From a virus: a stretch of DNA of 64,000 bases. This document shows positions 9,265 through 17,877 of this stretch, one piece after another. Position 1 is the stretch's first letter; each line of letters begins with the position of its first letter. Both the position numbers and the translations under genes were made by a program. The notes below the pieces were generated by a model. That model saw only the letters and a program-made list of their open reading frames with translations. It was not told the origin of the DNA and searched no databases. Location: positions 1 to 64,000 of the IMG/VR virus record IMGVR_UViG_3300012936_003490, one strand, 5' to 3'.

Positions 9265-10701
9265 TTACGCATATTCTAATTTGTTTCGCTTGGTTAATCC
9301 CCAAACTAACACTACGACAGTGGTAACTACCAGTGTCCAAAAAATAGGTCGTGTTAACAACCTATCAATATCATACAGAGTAATCATCTGTATGCTTAAG
9401 GCTTCAATACGGTCTGCTAGAATAAATCCAAACAGCAGTGCTGGTCTTGAAAACTTAAATTCTTTTGCTAATAAGCCAACAACTGATGCTATGGCTAATA
9501 TAGCATAATCTTCCCATCCGCCGGTATATTGCACACATGCAAGCGTTATAAAGCCCAACAGCAGGGGAAAGTAGTATTTGTAGGGTATATGAGCAATCTT
9601 TGCTATATACCGTGTTAAAAGCAAGCATAGAGCGCCTACAAGCACTGTAGCAAGCATAAATCCGTATAACAAACTGTCAAAGAAACGTTGGTCCATTGCT
9701 AAATCAACAGTACCTAATTCAAAATCTAAATAAGCAAAAAGTCCTATAATAATAGCCGCAAATGGTGCTCCTGGTATTCCAAACAATACTGTAGGAATCA
9801 TTGATGTTGCCTTTTGTGCATTATTAGCACCTTCAGGACCTATCACGCCTCTAATGTTTCCTTTGCCCATTTTAGGATTGGCCTTTGGAGTAGTTGCAAC
9901 TGCTTGTCCGTATGCAATCCAATCTGCCATAGCGCCGCCCAATCCTGGTAAAACTCCAATAAACGCACCAATGAATCCTCCTCTTAATGCTAACCATTTG
10001 TTTTGCCAAACTGCAAGAATACCTTCTTTTGTTTGCTTGCCATTTGCTACAGGCTGTGCTGTATTTTTTCTTGTTCTTAATCCCTCTACTAGTTCTGGTA
10101 TTGCAAATAGGCCGGCAATCATAGGAAGTATTTGTATTCCTGCACCTAAATATTCCCAGCCTCCTGTCCATCTATCAGCATTAGTATTAGGATCAACACC
10201 TATCATTCCTAAAAATATACCAACAGCAAGTGCTATTAAAGCTCTAAACCACCATTTACTGCTTACAAATGTAACTGTCGCTAGTGCTAACATTGTAAAT
10301 GCCCATAGCTCAGGTACACCAAATACCAATATCAAGTTGGTATACCACGGTAATAAAAAGAATACTAAAGCACCCCATATCAAACCATTTATTGTTGATG
10401 TAGTTACAGCGGCACTGATAGCATAAGTTGCTTTACCTTGTAGTGCTAGAGGAAACCCATCTACCATTGTTGCCGCGGCACTATTAGCACCAGGTATACC
10501 CAACAAAACACCTGTGTACGTGTCTCCTGTAGTGCTTGCGGCCACTACTGCCATTACAAAAATAACTGCTAGATACGGGTCTGGAAAAGTTGTCATAAGC
10601 GGAAATAAAAATATAAGAGCTGTTGTGGCGCCGGCTCCGGGAATAATTCCCATTAGTAATCCGTATAAAGTTCCTGTTAGTAATGCTATAATTTCCGCCA
10701 T
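9265..10701 (-). CDS. tctA: tripartite tricarboxylate transporter permease TctA
   Basis: Highly hydrophobic 478 aa; twice-repeated G..G...G..PG signature (GLLMGIIPGA, GAFIGVLPGL), GIPGANSAAAT..DGFP and PEGANNA. Confidence 0.9.
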   Translation of the reverse strand: MAEIIALLTGTLYGLLMGIIPGAGATTALIFLFPLMTTFPDPYLAVIFVMAVVAASTTGDTYTGVLLGIPGANSAAATMVDGFPLALQGKATYAISAAVTTSTINGLIWGALVFFLLPWYTNLILVFGVPELWAFTMLALATVTFVSSKWWFRALIALAVGIFLGMIGVDPNTNADRWTGGWEYLGAGIQILPMIAGLFAIPELVEGLRTRKNTAQPVANGKQTKEGILAVWQNKWLALRGGFIGAFIGVLPGLGGAMADWIAYGQAVATTPKANPKMGKGNIRGVIGPEGANNAQKATSMIPTVLFGIPGAPFAAIIIGLFAYLDFELGTVDLAMDQRFFDSLLYGFMLATVLVGALCLLLTRYIAKIAHIPYKYYFPLLLGFITLACVQYTGGWEDYAILAIASVVGLLAKEFKFSRPALLFGFILADRIEALSIQMITLYDIDRLLTRPIFWTLVVTTVVVLVWGLTKRNKLEYA

Positions 10702-10728
10702 ATTTAAAATACCTTCTACTTGCTTGGA

Positions 10729-10740
10729 ATAAATATTTAT
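10729..10740. promoter_or_regulatory. palindromic double late-promoter motif ATAAATATTTAT between divergent genes
   Basis: TAAATA on + (10730-10735) and on - (10734-10739), lying between tctA and the 10781 gene. Confidence 0.5.
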
Positions 10741-10780
10741 ATCAAAACAAAAAATTTTTTTAAAAAGTGGATAAAAAATT

Positions 10781-11521
10781 ATGAATACAAGAATTTTTAA
10801 TTTAATAGAAGAAAATTTACAAAATTCCTTTCATTTAGACAAATATGCAAAAATTAGAGAGGAAATTGGAAAAAATACTATTATATATGATTTGCCATGG
10901 ACGCCTGCAAGATTGAGAAAATTCGAAGAATCAATCGGTGATGCTTTACAATTTGAAGAAGTAGACATGGGTGGAACTATTGAACAAGCGACTAAGAGAT
11001 TAGATGAAAGATATATGAGCAGATTCTTTGGAGAAATATGGCAACCTACTACAGACAAGTATCAATACAGTGGATGGGCCCTTGTTGATTTAATCAACAA
11101 CGAAAATCCTACTGCGGTACTAGACTTTGGTTGCGGATACAATCCTTTCAAAGATAGAATCCAAAATCTAATCGGCATAGATCCATATAACAATCAAGCG
11201 GACTACATGGTAGACATCTTAGAATTTGCAGTTGAGCCGGAAACATATGATCATATTATAGTTTTTGGCAGTTTAAATTTTGGTGATAGAGGCGATATTG
11301 AAACACGCTTTAAAAAATTAAATGATTTGCTTATGCCAGGTGGTAGAATGTACTTTAGAGCTAATCCTGGCTATTTGTGGCCTAAAGGTCCATATGTAGA
11401 TATTTTTCCTTGGACGTTTGAAATTGCATATGAACTCTCTAAAACATATGGGCTTACATTAGAGAAATTTAAGAAAGACAACGGTGACCGTTTGTACTTT
11501 GAGATGTATAAAAATGGATGA
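10781..11521 (+). CDS. class I SAM-dependent methyltransferase with N-terminal extension
   Basis: VLDFGCGYNP motif I, GIDPY, YDHIIVFGSLNF and LMPGG. Confidence 0.8.
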   Translation: MNTRIFNLIEENLQNSFHLDKYAKIREEIGKNTIIYDLPWTPARLRKFEESIGDALQFEEVDMGGTIEQATKRLDERYMSRFFGEIWQPTTDKYQYSGWALVDLINNENPTAVLDFGCGYNPFKDRIQNLIGIDPYNNQADYMVDILEFAVEPETYDHIIVFGSLNFGDRGDIETRFKKLNDLLMPGGRMYFRANPGYLWPKGPYVDIFPWTFEIAYELSKTYGLTLEKFKKDNGDRLYFEMYKNG

Positions 11522-12188
11522 ATCAAAACTAATTTTCTTTACAGGTGCTCCTGGATCCAAATGGAGTGCTACTGCACACACACTTTCGCATAATAAAATT
11601 ATGCCTATTAACACAAGTGACTATGCCGAAGATAGAATATATACACACCCTGCTCCAAAAGTAAGCCACCTAGGTGCATATTGGGGTCCTGGATTTAGAT
11701 GGGGTGAAACTTTTCATAAGATTAATAAAATGTCCAAAGAAGACATCCTTGCTGAAATAGATAAACCTTACGCAGACAAAAATTGGGATCAGTACAGAAT
11801 TATTAAATGCCATCAATTTGCATATAATTTAGATTGGATCAAAGAAAACTTTCCTACTTCAAAGATTATGATTGTATTACGTCCTAACAGAGTTTGCTCA
11901 GAAGGTTGGCTTACTGCTGGAGGATGGTCTATTACCTACCCTACCTATCGTCCTTACTATAAAGACGATGCTACATTTAAAAAATTAGCATTACAGGAGT
12001 TACAAGCGGCTAAAACATGGATTGATAAACATGATATCGAGATGCAAGTAGTAACACATCATTACTGGCGCAAACGCTGGGGCATAAAACGAGACACTGA
12101 AGAACTTGAATTATATATGAATAGTTTAGAAAAAACACACGACGGTAGATGGCACTATGATGTAACTATTGCTGAATATAATTTTTGA
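11514..12188 (+). CDS. P-loop / sulfotransferase-like protein
   Basis: N-terminal FFTGAPGSKWS and IIKCH resemble the PAPS-binding 5'-PSB and KxH elements. ATG at 11514 overlaps the upstream stop region. Confidence 0.5.
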   Translation: MDESKLIFFTGAPGSKWSATAHTLSHNKIMPINTSDYAEDRIYTHPAPKVSHLGAYWGPGFRWGETFHKINKMSKEDILAEIDKPYADKNWDQYRIIKCHQFAYNLDWIKENFPTSKIMIVLRPNRVCSEGWLTAGGWSITYPTYRPYYKDDATFKKLALQELQAAKTWIDKHDIEMQVVTHHYWRKRWGIKRDTEELELYMNSLEKTHDGRWHYDVTIAEYNF

Positions 12189-12195
12189 TACATAG

Positions 12196-12888
12196 TTATT
12201 TTGTAACAAAACTTTTAACTTTTTTATAATTATCACAATTTATCTGTAAATCTAGTTTACTACAGATATCTTCAAAAAAGTTATAATCAAACAATTCATC
12301 TACATAATTAATTACAACATCAGTTTCCAAAATATTATCTTTGAAATTTTGTATTTTATTTTCCAATGCAGTTTTTACATTATCAGCATTACCGTAATGA
12401 TCTAAAAACGTGTATGTTTTGTTCTTAGAATTTACAAAATAATTTGCACTTGTTTGCATCCATCTATCCACTAATGCATCAACATCTGTCGGTAATACAA
12501 CTAAAAATTTTGAATTAATAAAAAAATCATGTGCTTTGTCTAGATCAGAATGTAACGGATAAAGTAAATTATTTGGAAATAGTTTTTGTTTCCAATCTAC
12601 AATATCTTGATAACTCTGATTTTTGTAACTATTCTTTTCTGCCATGTCAAGCACAGGCGGAACTGTCTTGTCGCAAATTCCTTTACCTACTGCACCAGCA
12701 AATCTTCTGTTAAAATGAAACAATGTAAAATTAGGCCTATCATCATTGTAAGGTTCCCAAGGATAGTTTCCATTGTTTTTGTAATCATACCAAGCAACAT
12801 TGTCACAACTAGCTAATAATCTGCCAGCAATGTGTCCTTTTGCTCCCATAGGAAAACAAATTGCAATAGAATTATTTGCGTCTGTCAT
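12196..12888 (-). CDS. hypothetical protein (possible sulfotransferase-like fold)
   Basis: 230-aa ORF; N-terminal ICFPMGAKGH loop. Confidence 0.5.
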   Translation of the reverse strand: MTDANNSIAICFPMGAKGHIAGRLLASCDNVAWYDYKNNGNYPWEPYNDDRPNFTLFHFNRRFAGAVGKGICDKTVPPVLDMAEKNSYKNQSYQDIVDWKQKLFPNNLLYPLHSDLDKAHDFFINSKFLVVLPTDVDALVDRWMQTSANYFVNSKNKTYTFLDHYGNADNVKTALENKIQNFKDNILETDVVINYVDELFDYNFFEDICSKLDLQINCDNYKKVKSFVTK

Positions 12889-13543
12889 AAAATAAACTTT
12901 CCATTTTAATTTGTACTATATCGCCTGTAGCTAACCAGTCATTATATACGCACATTGGACCTTTCACATACAATTCATTTTGTATTACTTTGTAGTCAGT
13001 CCAAAATGTATCGCCTATGATATTATGATCGACTCTATCGCCCGGCGTGTATAATTTATTAATTACACAAGGTCCAATTTCGCTCATGCCCCAATTTGCT
13101 AATACTGTTGCACCTTTATCAATAAATGCTTGAATATGATGTGCAGGTATAGGATCACTGCCCATTGCTACAAATTTACCCGTTAGATCCGCTCTTTTAA
13201 AGTCCTTAGTTTTAATAACTGCTTCACACATAGCAGGAGCAATAAACGTGTGTGTATGATGCTTAAAACGCTTTAAAAAGGTATATGCGTTAAATTTTTC
13301 AATAGTTATATCGCATCCTAATGTGTATGCAGGTAGACTCTGAAGAAGTAGCCCTCCAGCATGTGTCATTCTTGTGCAGGTATAAATGCTACTGCTTGTA
13401 GTTATTTTTTGTGCTTCAATAGCAACTTCATTACAGGCTTTTAGATTATCAGGATCTCTATAAATTTTCTTAGGTGTACCTGTAGTACCGCTAGAAGTTA
13501 TTATACAACCTTCTTCTAATATTACATCAAAGTTCGGTTCCAT
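12872..13543 (-). CDS. short AMP-binding (adenylate-forming) enzyme
   Basis: ITSSGTTGTPK (A3), HAGG, NWGMSE (A5), ELYVKGP (A6) and WLATGD (A7); only 223 aa. Confidence 0.8.
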   Translation of the reverse strand: MEPNFDVILEEGCIITSSGTTGTPKKIYRDPDNLKACNEVAIEAQKITTSSSIYTCTRMTHAGGLLLQSLPAYTLGCDITIEKFNAYTFLKRFKHHTHTFIAPAMCEAVIKTKDFKRADLTGKFVAMGSDPIPAHHIQAFIDKGATVLANWGMSEIGPCVINKLYTPGDRVDHNIIGDTFWTDYKVIQNELYVKGPMCVYNDWLATGDIVQIKMESLFYDRRK

Positions 13544-14366
13544 AAGTTACCTTTTTATCTTTATACTTAGATACTAATATGTTTGTAATTTCTCCAGTAA
13601 CAGTAGTAGGTGTAACTCCGCCGCTTGAACTTGTAATAAAAATCTCGTCAGCAGAGGCAAACATAGACTGTGTTATAGGCATCCTTTTAAATGTAATATT
13701 ATTTTCATTAGCAATATCTTCAACCACACTCATAGTAATACCTTTTAGAACATTTTTGTCTGCTGTTTTGATCACGCCGTCTTTAATAATTCCAACATTA
13801 AATCCTGGACCTTCTGTTACAAATCCGTCGACGTCAACTAGAACTGTAGTATCAAATCCAGCAGGTGTATTACGTTGGCTAAGTGTAAGATCTATCCAGG
13901 CCATGTTCTTGTATTCTTGTCCATAGTAATCATCATTGACCCTGTTTGTATTTTTATCTAAGTATAATTTTACTATTGGTGTTTTTGCTATAGGATAACT
14001 TGGTTTAATATACATAGCAAAATTTACAGGACAATTTTCCAAGTCTCTTGGATTACCACTAGGCGGAAATCCTCTCCAGATTATAAACCATACAAATGCA
14101 TTATCAATTGGATTACGTTTTGCTAGTTCTTTTATAATTTCTAAAGGATCGACGTCTGGAATAATTAACCCATATCGTCCTGCACTATTCTTAAATCTTT
14201 GCAAGTGTCTTTCATAACAAAATGCTTTGCCGTTGTATACTGGCATAACATCATATGTAGCATCACAGTGAATGAAGCCAAAGTCAAGTATACTTGGTCC
14301 GATTTCACCTAACGGCTTGTATTCACCGTTTTTATATGCTATTAAGTCTAATACGTTAGTCATCAA
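13527..14366 (-). CDS. class IV (fold-type IV) PLP aminotransferase, (R)-amine-transaminase-like
   Basis: DFGFIHCDATYDV, HLQRF, YKNMAWIDL (PLP Lys), EGPGFNV, LKGIT and ADEIFITSSSGG. Confidence 0.85.
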   Translation of the reverse strand: MMTNVLDLIAYKNGEYKPLGEIGPSILDFGFIHCDATYDVMPVYNGKAFCYERHLQRFKNSAGRYGLIIPDVDPLEIIKELAKRNPIDNAFVWFIIWRGFPPSGNPRDLENCPVNFAMYIKPSYPIAKTPIVKLYLDKNTNRVNDDYYGQEYKNMAWIDLTLSQRNTPAGFDTTVLVDVDGFVTEGPGFNVGIIKDGVIKTADKNVLKGITMSVVEDIANENNITFKRMPITQSMFASADEIFITSSSGGVTPTTVTGEITNILVSKYKDKKVTYGTEL

Positions 14367-14613
14367 AATGTACCTTCTTCAACTGTGGATCATCAGGCAA
14401 TTTTTGCTTAAGAGTTTTTAACCGATTTATTCTCCATTCAAGAAGTTTAAAATCTAACACCCAAGGAAAAATTGCGTGAATTAAACTGCCAATAGTTACA
14501 CCTAATAAAAAGAAAAATTCACCTATTGCAAGTTTAAAATGCCACCAATATCCTGCATTAGGCTTTCCGGCTTTTTGCTTTGCTTCTTGTAAATGTTTAA
14601 AATTATACCACAT
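14356..14613 (-). CDS. small DUF6356-like protein (second copy)
   Basis: HL....GYWWHFKLA.....IHAIFPW pattern. Confidence 0.6.
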   Translation of the reverse strand: MWYNFKHLQEAKQKAGKPNAGYWWHFKLAIGEFFFLLGVTIGSLIHAIFPWVLDFKLLEWRINRLKTLKQKLPDDPQLKKVHFDD

Positions 14614-15154
14614 AGCGTCCTTTCAATTTGTTTCTGCGTCTTGTGTATTCTTCAATATTTAATTTCCAGACGGTCTGTTCTGTATAGTATAACATCATTT
14701 CACTATGCTTGTCAAGTATTCCCTGTCTATCAAGCAGACCCATTAGTTTGTGATTACGAGCCGCTTTGCCATTTGAATGCTCGTGGTAGGTATTTGTGGT
14801 AATATATAGTTCATCTGTAGGACAGTATTCAATAAACTTGGGTATCATTTCTCGTTGTGTGATACTGTTCCAATCTCCTTTTCCTAATCCTCTAAATGTA
14901 TCTTGCATAGGTAATTCGCAACCTCTAAATAATATACGCCAAGCATTGGAATTTACTTCCGGTAAAGGATGACAACCTGCTACTGCTACAATTTCATTAT
15001 CTTTGATAGCACAAAAATATTCACCCTGTTCTTTGCACCAATCAAACTTCATTGCTTTTAGACTACTGTTATTTTCATATTTCAATTGTTTTGCCTTTTT
15101 GCAAAACAGTTCTAAAGCAGGAACAAGCTCGTCTGTAATGATTTTTATTTGCAT
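14603..15154 (-). CDS. GNAT-like acyltransferase
   Basis: IKDNEIVAVAGCH beta strand, WRILFRG and FRGLG (acyl-CoA-binding-like). Confidence 0.55.
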   Translation of the reverse strand: MQIKIITDELVPALELFCKKAKQLKYENNSSLKAMKFDWCKEQGEYFCAIKDNEIVAVAGCHPLPEVNSNAWRILFRGCELPMQDTFRGLGKGDWNSITQREMIPKFIEYCPTDELYITTNTYHEHSNGKAARNHKLMGLLDRQGILDKHSEMMLYYTEQTVWKLNIEEYTRRRNKLKGRYVV

Positions 15155-15729
15155 TTTCCATTTACACCTGTATGTGTATCCTGCATTATTGTTGTAGATG
15201 TAATTCTCATTTCATTGCTCATTTCTACAATTTTTAAAATATTTTCTGCTAATTTATAAATATCAATTAGCGGTTTTGTCAATCCTATATTGTGGTTAGA
15301 ATTTGTCGGTCCTGGACGAATAAGTATAATTTGACAAGGATCATTTAAGTAATTTAATCTTTTAGCAAGATGATCTAAAGCAATTTTACTTGAATCATAT
15401 AGGTGTTTGTTTAATCTTTTTTCATTTTTATTCCTACTTTCAGGACTATTTCCTCCTATAATAACTATTTTTTTATATTGATACTGGTACTCGTCAAACA
15501 GTTCGGCTAACATATCGCACTGGCTAAATCTATTTTCTTTGCCATATGCTACAACAAATATTATATCGCAATCTTTTGATGCTGACACAACTCGTTTACG
15601 CTGTTCTTGGTTGTTAATATCTACTCCGTCTTCTCGCCCTATTCCGACAACGTCAAGTTTGTTTTCCTTACAAGTGTCATAAATTGCCTTGCCGATTCCT
15701 GAAGAATATCCAAATACTATAGCTTTCAT
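15145..15729 (-). CDS. short-chain dehydrogenase/reductase (SDR)
   Basis: GYSSGIG Rossmann motif, YDSSK catalytic YxxxK and IRPGPT. Confidence 0.8.
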   Translation of the reverse strand: MKAIVFGYSSGIGKAIYDTCKENKLDVVGIGREDGVDINNQEQRKRVVSASKDCDIIFVVAYGKENRFSQCDMLAELFDEYQYQYKKIVIIGGNSPESRNKNEKRLNKHLYDSSKIALDHLAKRLNYLNDPCQIILIRPGPTNSNHNIGLTKPLIDIYKLAENILKIVEMSNEMRITSTTIMQDTHTGVNGKCK

Positions 15730-16346
15730 ATATTCAAAAATTCTCCTGCTTTGTACCTCTTTACCATATCTGCATAACTTTCGTGCGTAATTTTTATTCT
15801 AAGCACAGCACGTTCAGTACTAATAGGATTGACACTATGTAATACTTTGCCATTAAAAATAGTAGGATGCTTAAAACTATACTCTAATTCATACAATTTT
15901 TTATTTGTAGTATGCCTTTCTGCATCTGTGCCTTCCCAAAAGATAAGGTTGTTAAAGTTTTCTCTCGGCAACAATGGACACATCATAGTGTAATCTAAAT
16001 TTCTATCAGTATGTTTTCTAAATTCGTACCCAGGTTCATTAATTTGAAAGCTAATATCTGCATTACCTAGGGGTTTTAGGAAATTAAACTGGTTAACAAA
16101 ATTTTGTATTACAGAATAATCTATCATTTGCTTACCTTCATACATAGGACTATATATTGCTAGTAATCTACCATCAAATCCATCTACAAGTTTTTGTCTT
16201 TTATGAGTCAAATTTTTTTCAGCGGCTATTGCAGTTTTCCATTCGTTCCATTCTAAAGCACAATGTCGCATTTTCAAATACAGTTCAGTCAATGCTTCAA
16301 TATCATAATAGATTTCTTCAAATATTATATGGTGGTCATATATCAT
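15726..16346 (-). CDS. Fe(II)/2OG oxygenase-like (DSBH fold) protein
   Basis: PGYEFRKHTD ... NGKVLHSV ... R. Confidence 0.6.
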   Translation of the reverse strand: MIYDHHIIFEEIYYDIEALTELYLKMRHCALEWNEWKTAIAAEKNLTHKRQKLVDGFDGRLLAIYSPMYEGKQMIDYSVIQNFVNQFNFLKPLGNADISFQINEPGYEFRKHTDRNLDYTMMCPLLPRENFNNLIFWEGTDAERHTTNKKLYELEYSFKHPTIFNGKVLHSVNPISTERAVLRIKITHESYADMVKRYKAGEFLNI

Positions 16347-17036
16347 CTAATCTCTCATTGTAAATATACTTAATCCAATTTTTCGTTTTACACCTTGGTC
16401 AAGAAAATTACTAGCACAGTGTATTTGAAGGCTATCAAAAATTATTCCACTTCCTATGGTCCAAGGAAAATAACTTTGGATAGACAATCCTTTTAGCCAT
16501 TCATCTTTGAGATGACTAAGCAATTCTGATTTTAGATTTTGTGGAATATCAGTTTCACTTAGGTTATCAACATTTGTGTATTCAGTCAATGGTTTGTTGT
16601 AATAAACTCTAGGGTCTTTTCTCCTGCCATTAAATAATTTTACTGGACCGTGATAATAATACTGATCAAAGAATACCAGCTTTGGTATTCCGTTTCCTTC
16701 AATATGCAAAGGTATTGTTATTGCTTTATACGTGTCAGGATAATCTGAATCATCGTCATTATGAAGAACGTGCGGCGTAGTAACATCAAAAATCTGTGCG
16801 GATCTTACCTTAAAGTCGCCGATTATATTTTTTAAACTTTCAACAATATCATCTATAACGCCTTGACCGTGTTTGACATTTAGAGTTTTAGGTCCTGTAT
16901 TTTTTTCTATAACTTCATCACTGTTATAGTAATGTGACAGCAAAAATTTTACTTTGTCATCACTTATCAAGTTCCAGGCTTGTACTGGACGTGAATGTGT
17001 TTCACGTAGTTTTGCTATTTGCTCCTTGGTTCTCAT
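16347..17036 (-). CDS. Fe(II)/2OG oxygenase-like protein
   Basis: LHND ... GSGIIFDSLQIHCAS ... KIGLSIF. Confidence 0.6.
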   Translation of the reverse strand: MRTKEQIAKLRETHSRPVQAWNLISDDKVKFLLSHYYNSDEVIEKNTGPKTLNVKHGQGVIDDIVESLKNIIGDFKVRSAQIFDVTTPHVLHNDDDSDYPDTYKAITIPLHIEGNGIPKLVFFDQYYYHGPVKLFNGRRKDPRVYYNKPLTEYTNVDNLSETDIPQNLKSELLSHLKDEWLKGLSIQSYFPWTIGSGIIFDSLQIHCASNFLDQGVKRKIGLSIFTMRD

Positions 17037-17037
17037 T

Positions 17038-17799
17038 TTAATAATACTGTGTACAGCTCATTAATTTCATGACGTTTTCCCAAGTCTTAGGAACGTTTAC
17101 AACTAAATGCACACTGTTATCTACCCATGCATGTGTTCTATGTGTTTTCCTAGTGTCAACATAATATGCACGACCTGGCACTATTGGCCATGTTTTTCCA
17201 CCCATTTCCCATTCATAAGAATCTGTACCTGTTGCATTTGAAAGAAAAGCAACTATTCTAAATGTTTCTCTAGTCAATTGCGGGTCATCTTTGTGAGGTG
17301 GAAACCAACCTCCTGCATTTACTTTTACAAGCATAGTACGCCCCAAAGGCATAAAATATTCTAGCATAGGGTGCAATACAGGTAAGTCTTTGTACAGTTG
17401 GTTAGGTGTATTAAAATCAGTTTCTCTTAATCTCCGGCCATGTCTTTTTCTTGCCTCAGGCATACTTAGTCCGTCATTATAATCATCGCCAGCAATGCCA
17501 ATTAATGATAATCCTTCCCTGTTATTAACAACTCCTTCTCGCCTTAGATAAGGAACCCATTTATCGTTATATGGTTCAATCTGTTTCTTAAAATTATATA
17601 AGTCAAAGGTAAAATTTAATGGTTCCCAAATATCTAGTGCTTGTAGTTGTAATTCACATTTTATATCTTCTTCGGTGGGTTCAAAGTTTTTTTTGTTAGA
17701 ATGTAACCATTTTTGGTAGTAGTTTCCTTGAATTCTTTGATTTGCTTTTGGTTGTAATTCTATAGGTTTTCCGTTTTTATCTACTAAATTTTCTTCCAT
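17038..17799 (-). CDS. aspartyl/asparaginyl beta-hydroxylase-like (Fe/2OG) protein
   Basis: GGWFPPHKD ... DTRKTHRT. TAAATA at 17829-17834 lies upstream. Confidence 0.7.
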   Translation of the reverse strand: MEENLVDKNGKPIELQPKANQRIQGNYYQKWLHSNKKNFEPTEEDIKCELQLQALDIWEPLNFTFDLYNFKKQIEPYNDKWVPYLRREGVVNNREGLSLIGIAGDDYNDGLSMPEARKRHGRRLRETDFNTPNQLYKDLPVLHPMLEYFMPLGRTMLVKVNAGGWFPPHKDDPQLTRETFRIVAFLSNATGTDSYEWEMGGKTWPIVPGRAYYVDTRKTHRTHAWVDNSVHLVVNVPKTWENVMKLMSCTQYY

Positions 17800-17877
17800 T
17801 TTTTTTCCTTAGTCATATAGCGTGTGTATATTTACTTTATATATACAGCCCTGTAAAATAATTTGATGTGAGTCAAA

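Noticed and set aside
9872-10171. 99-aa +2-frame ORF inside tctA
   Set aside because: Arg/Cys/Ser-rich composition typical of off-frame translation; no RBS.
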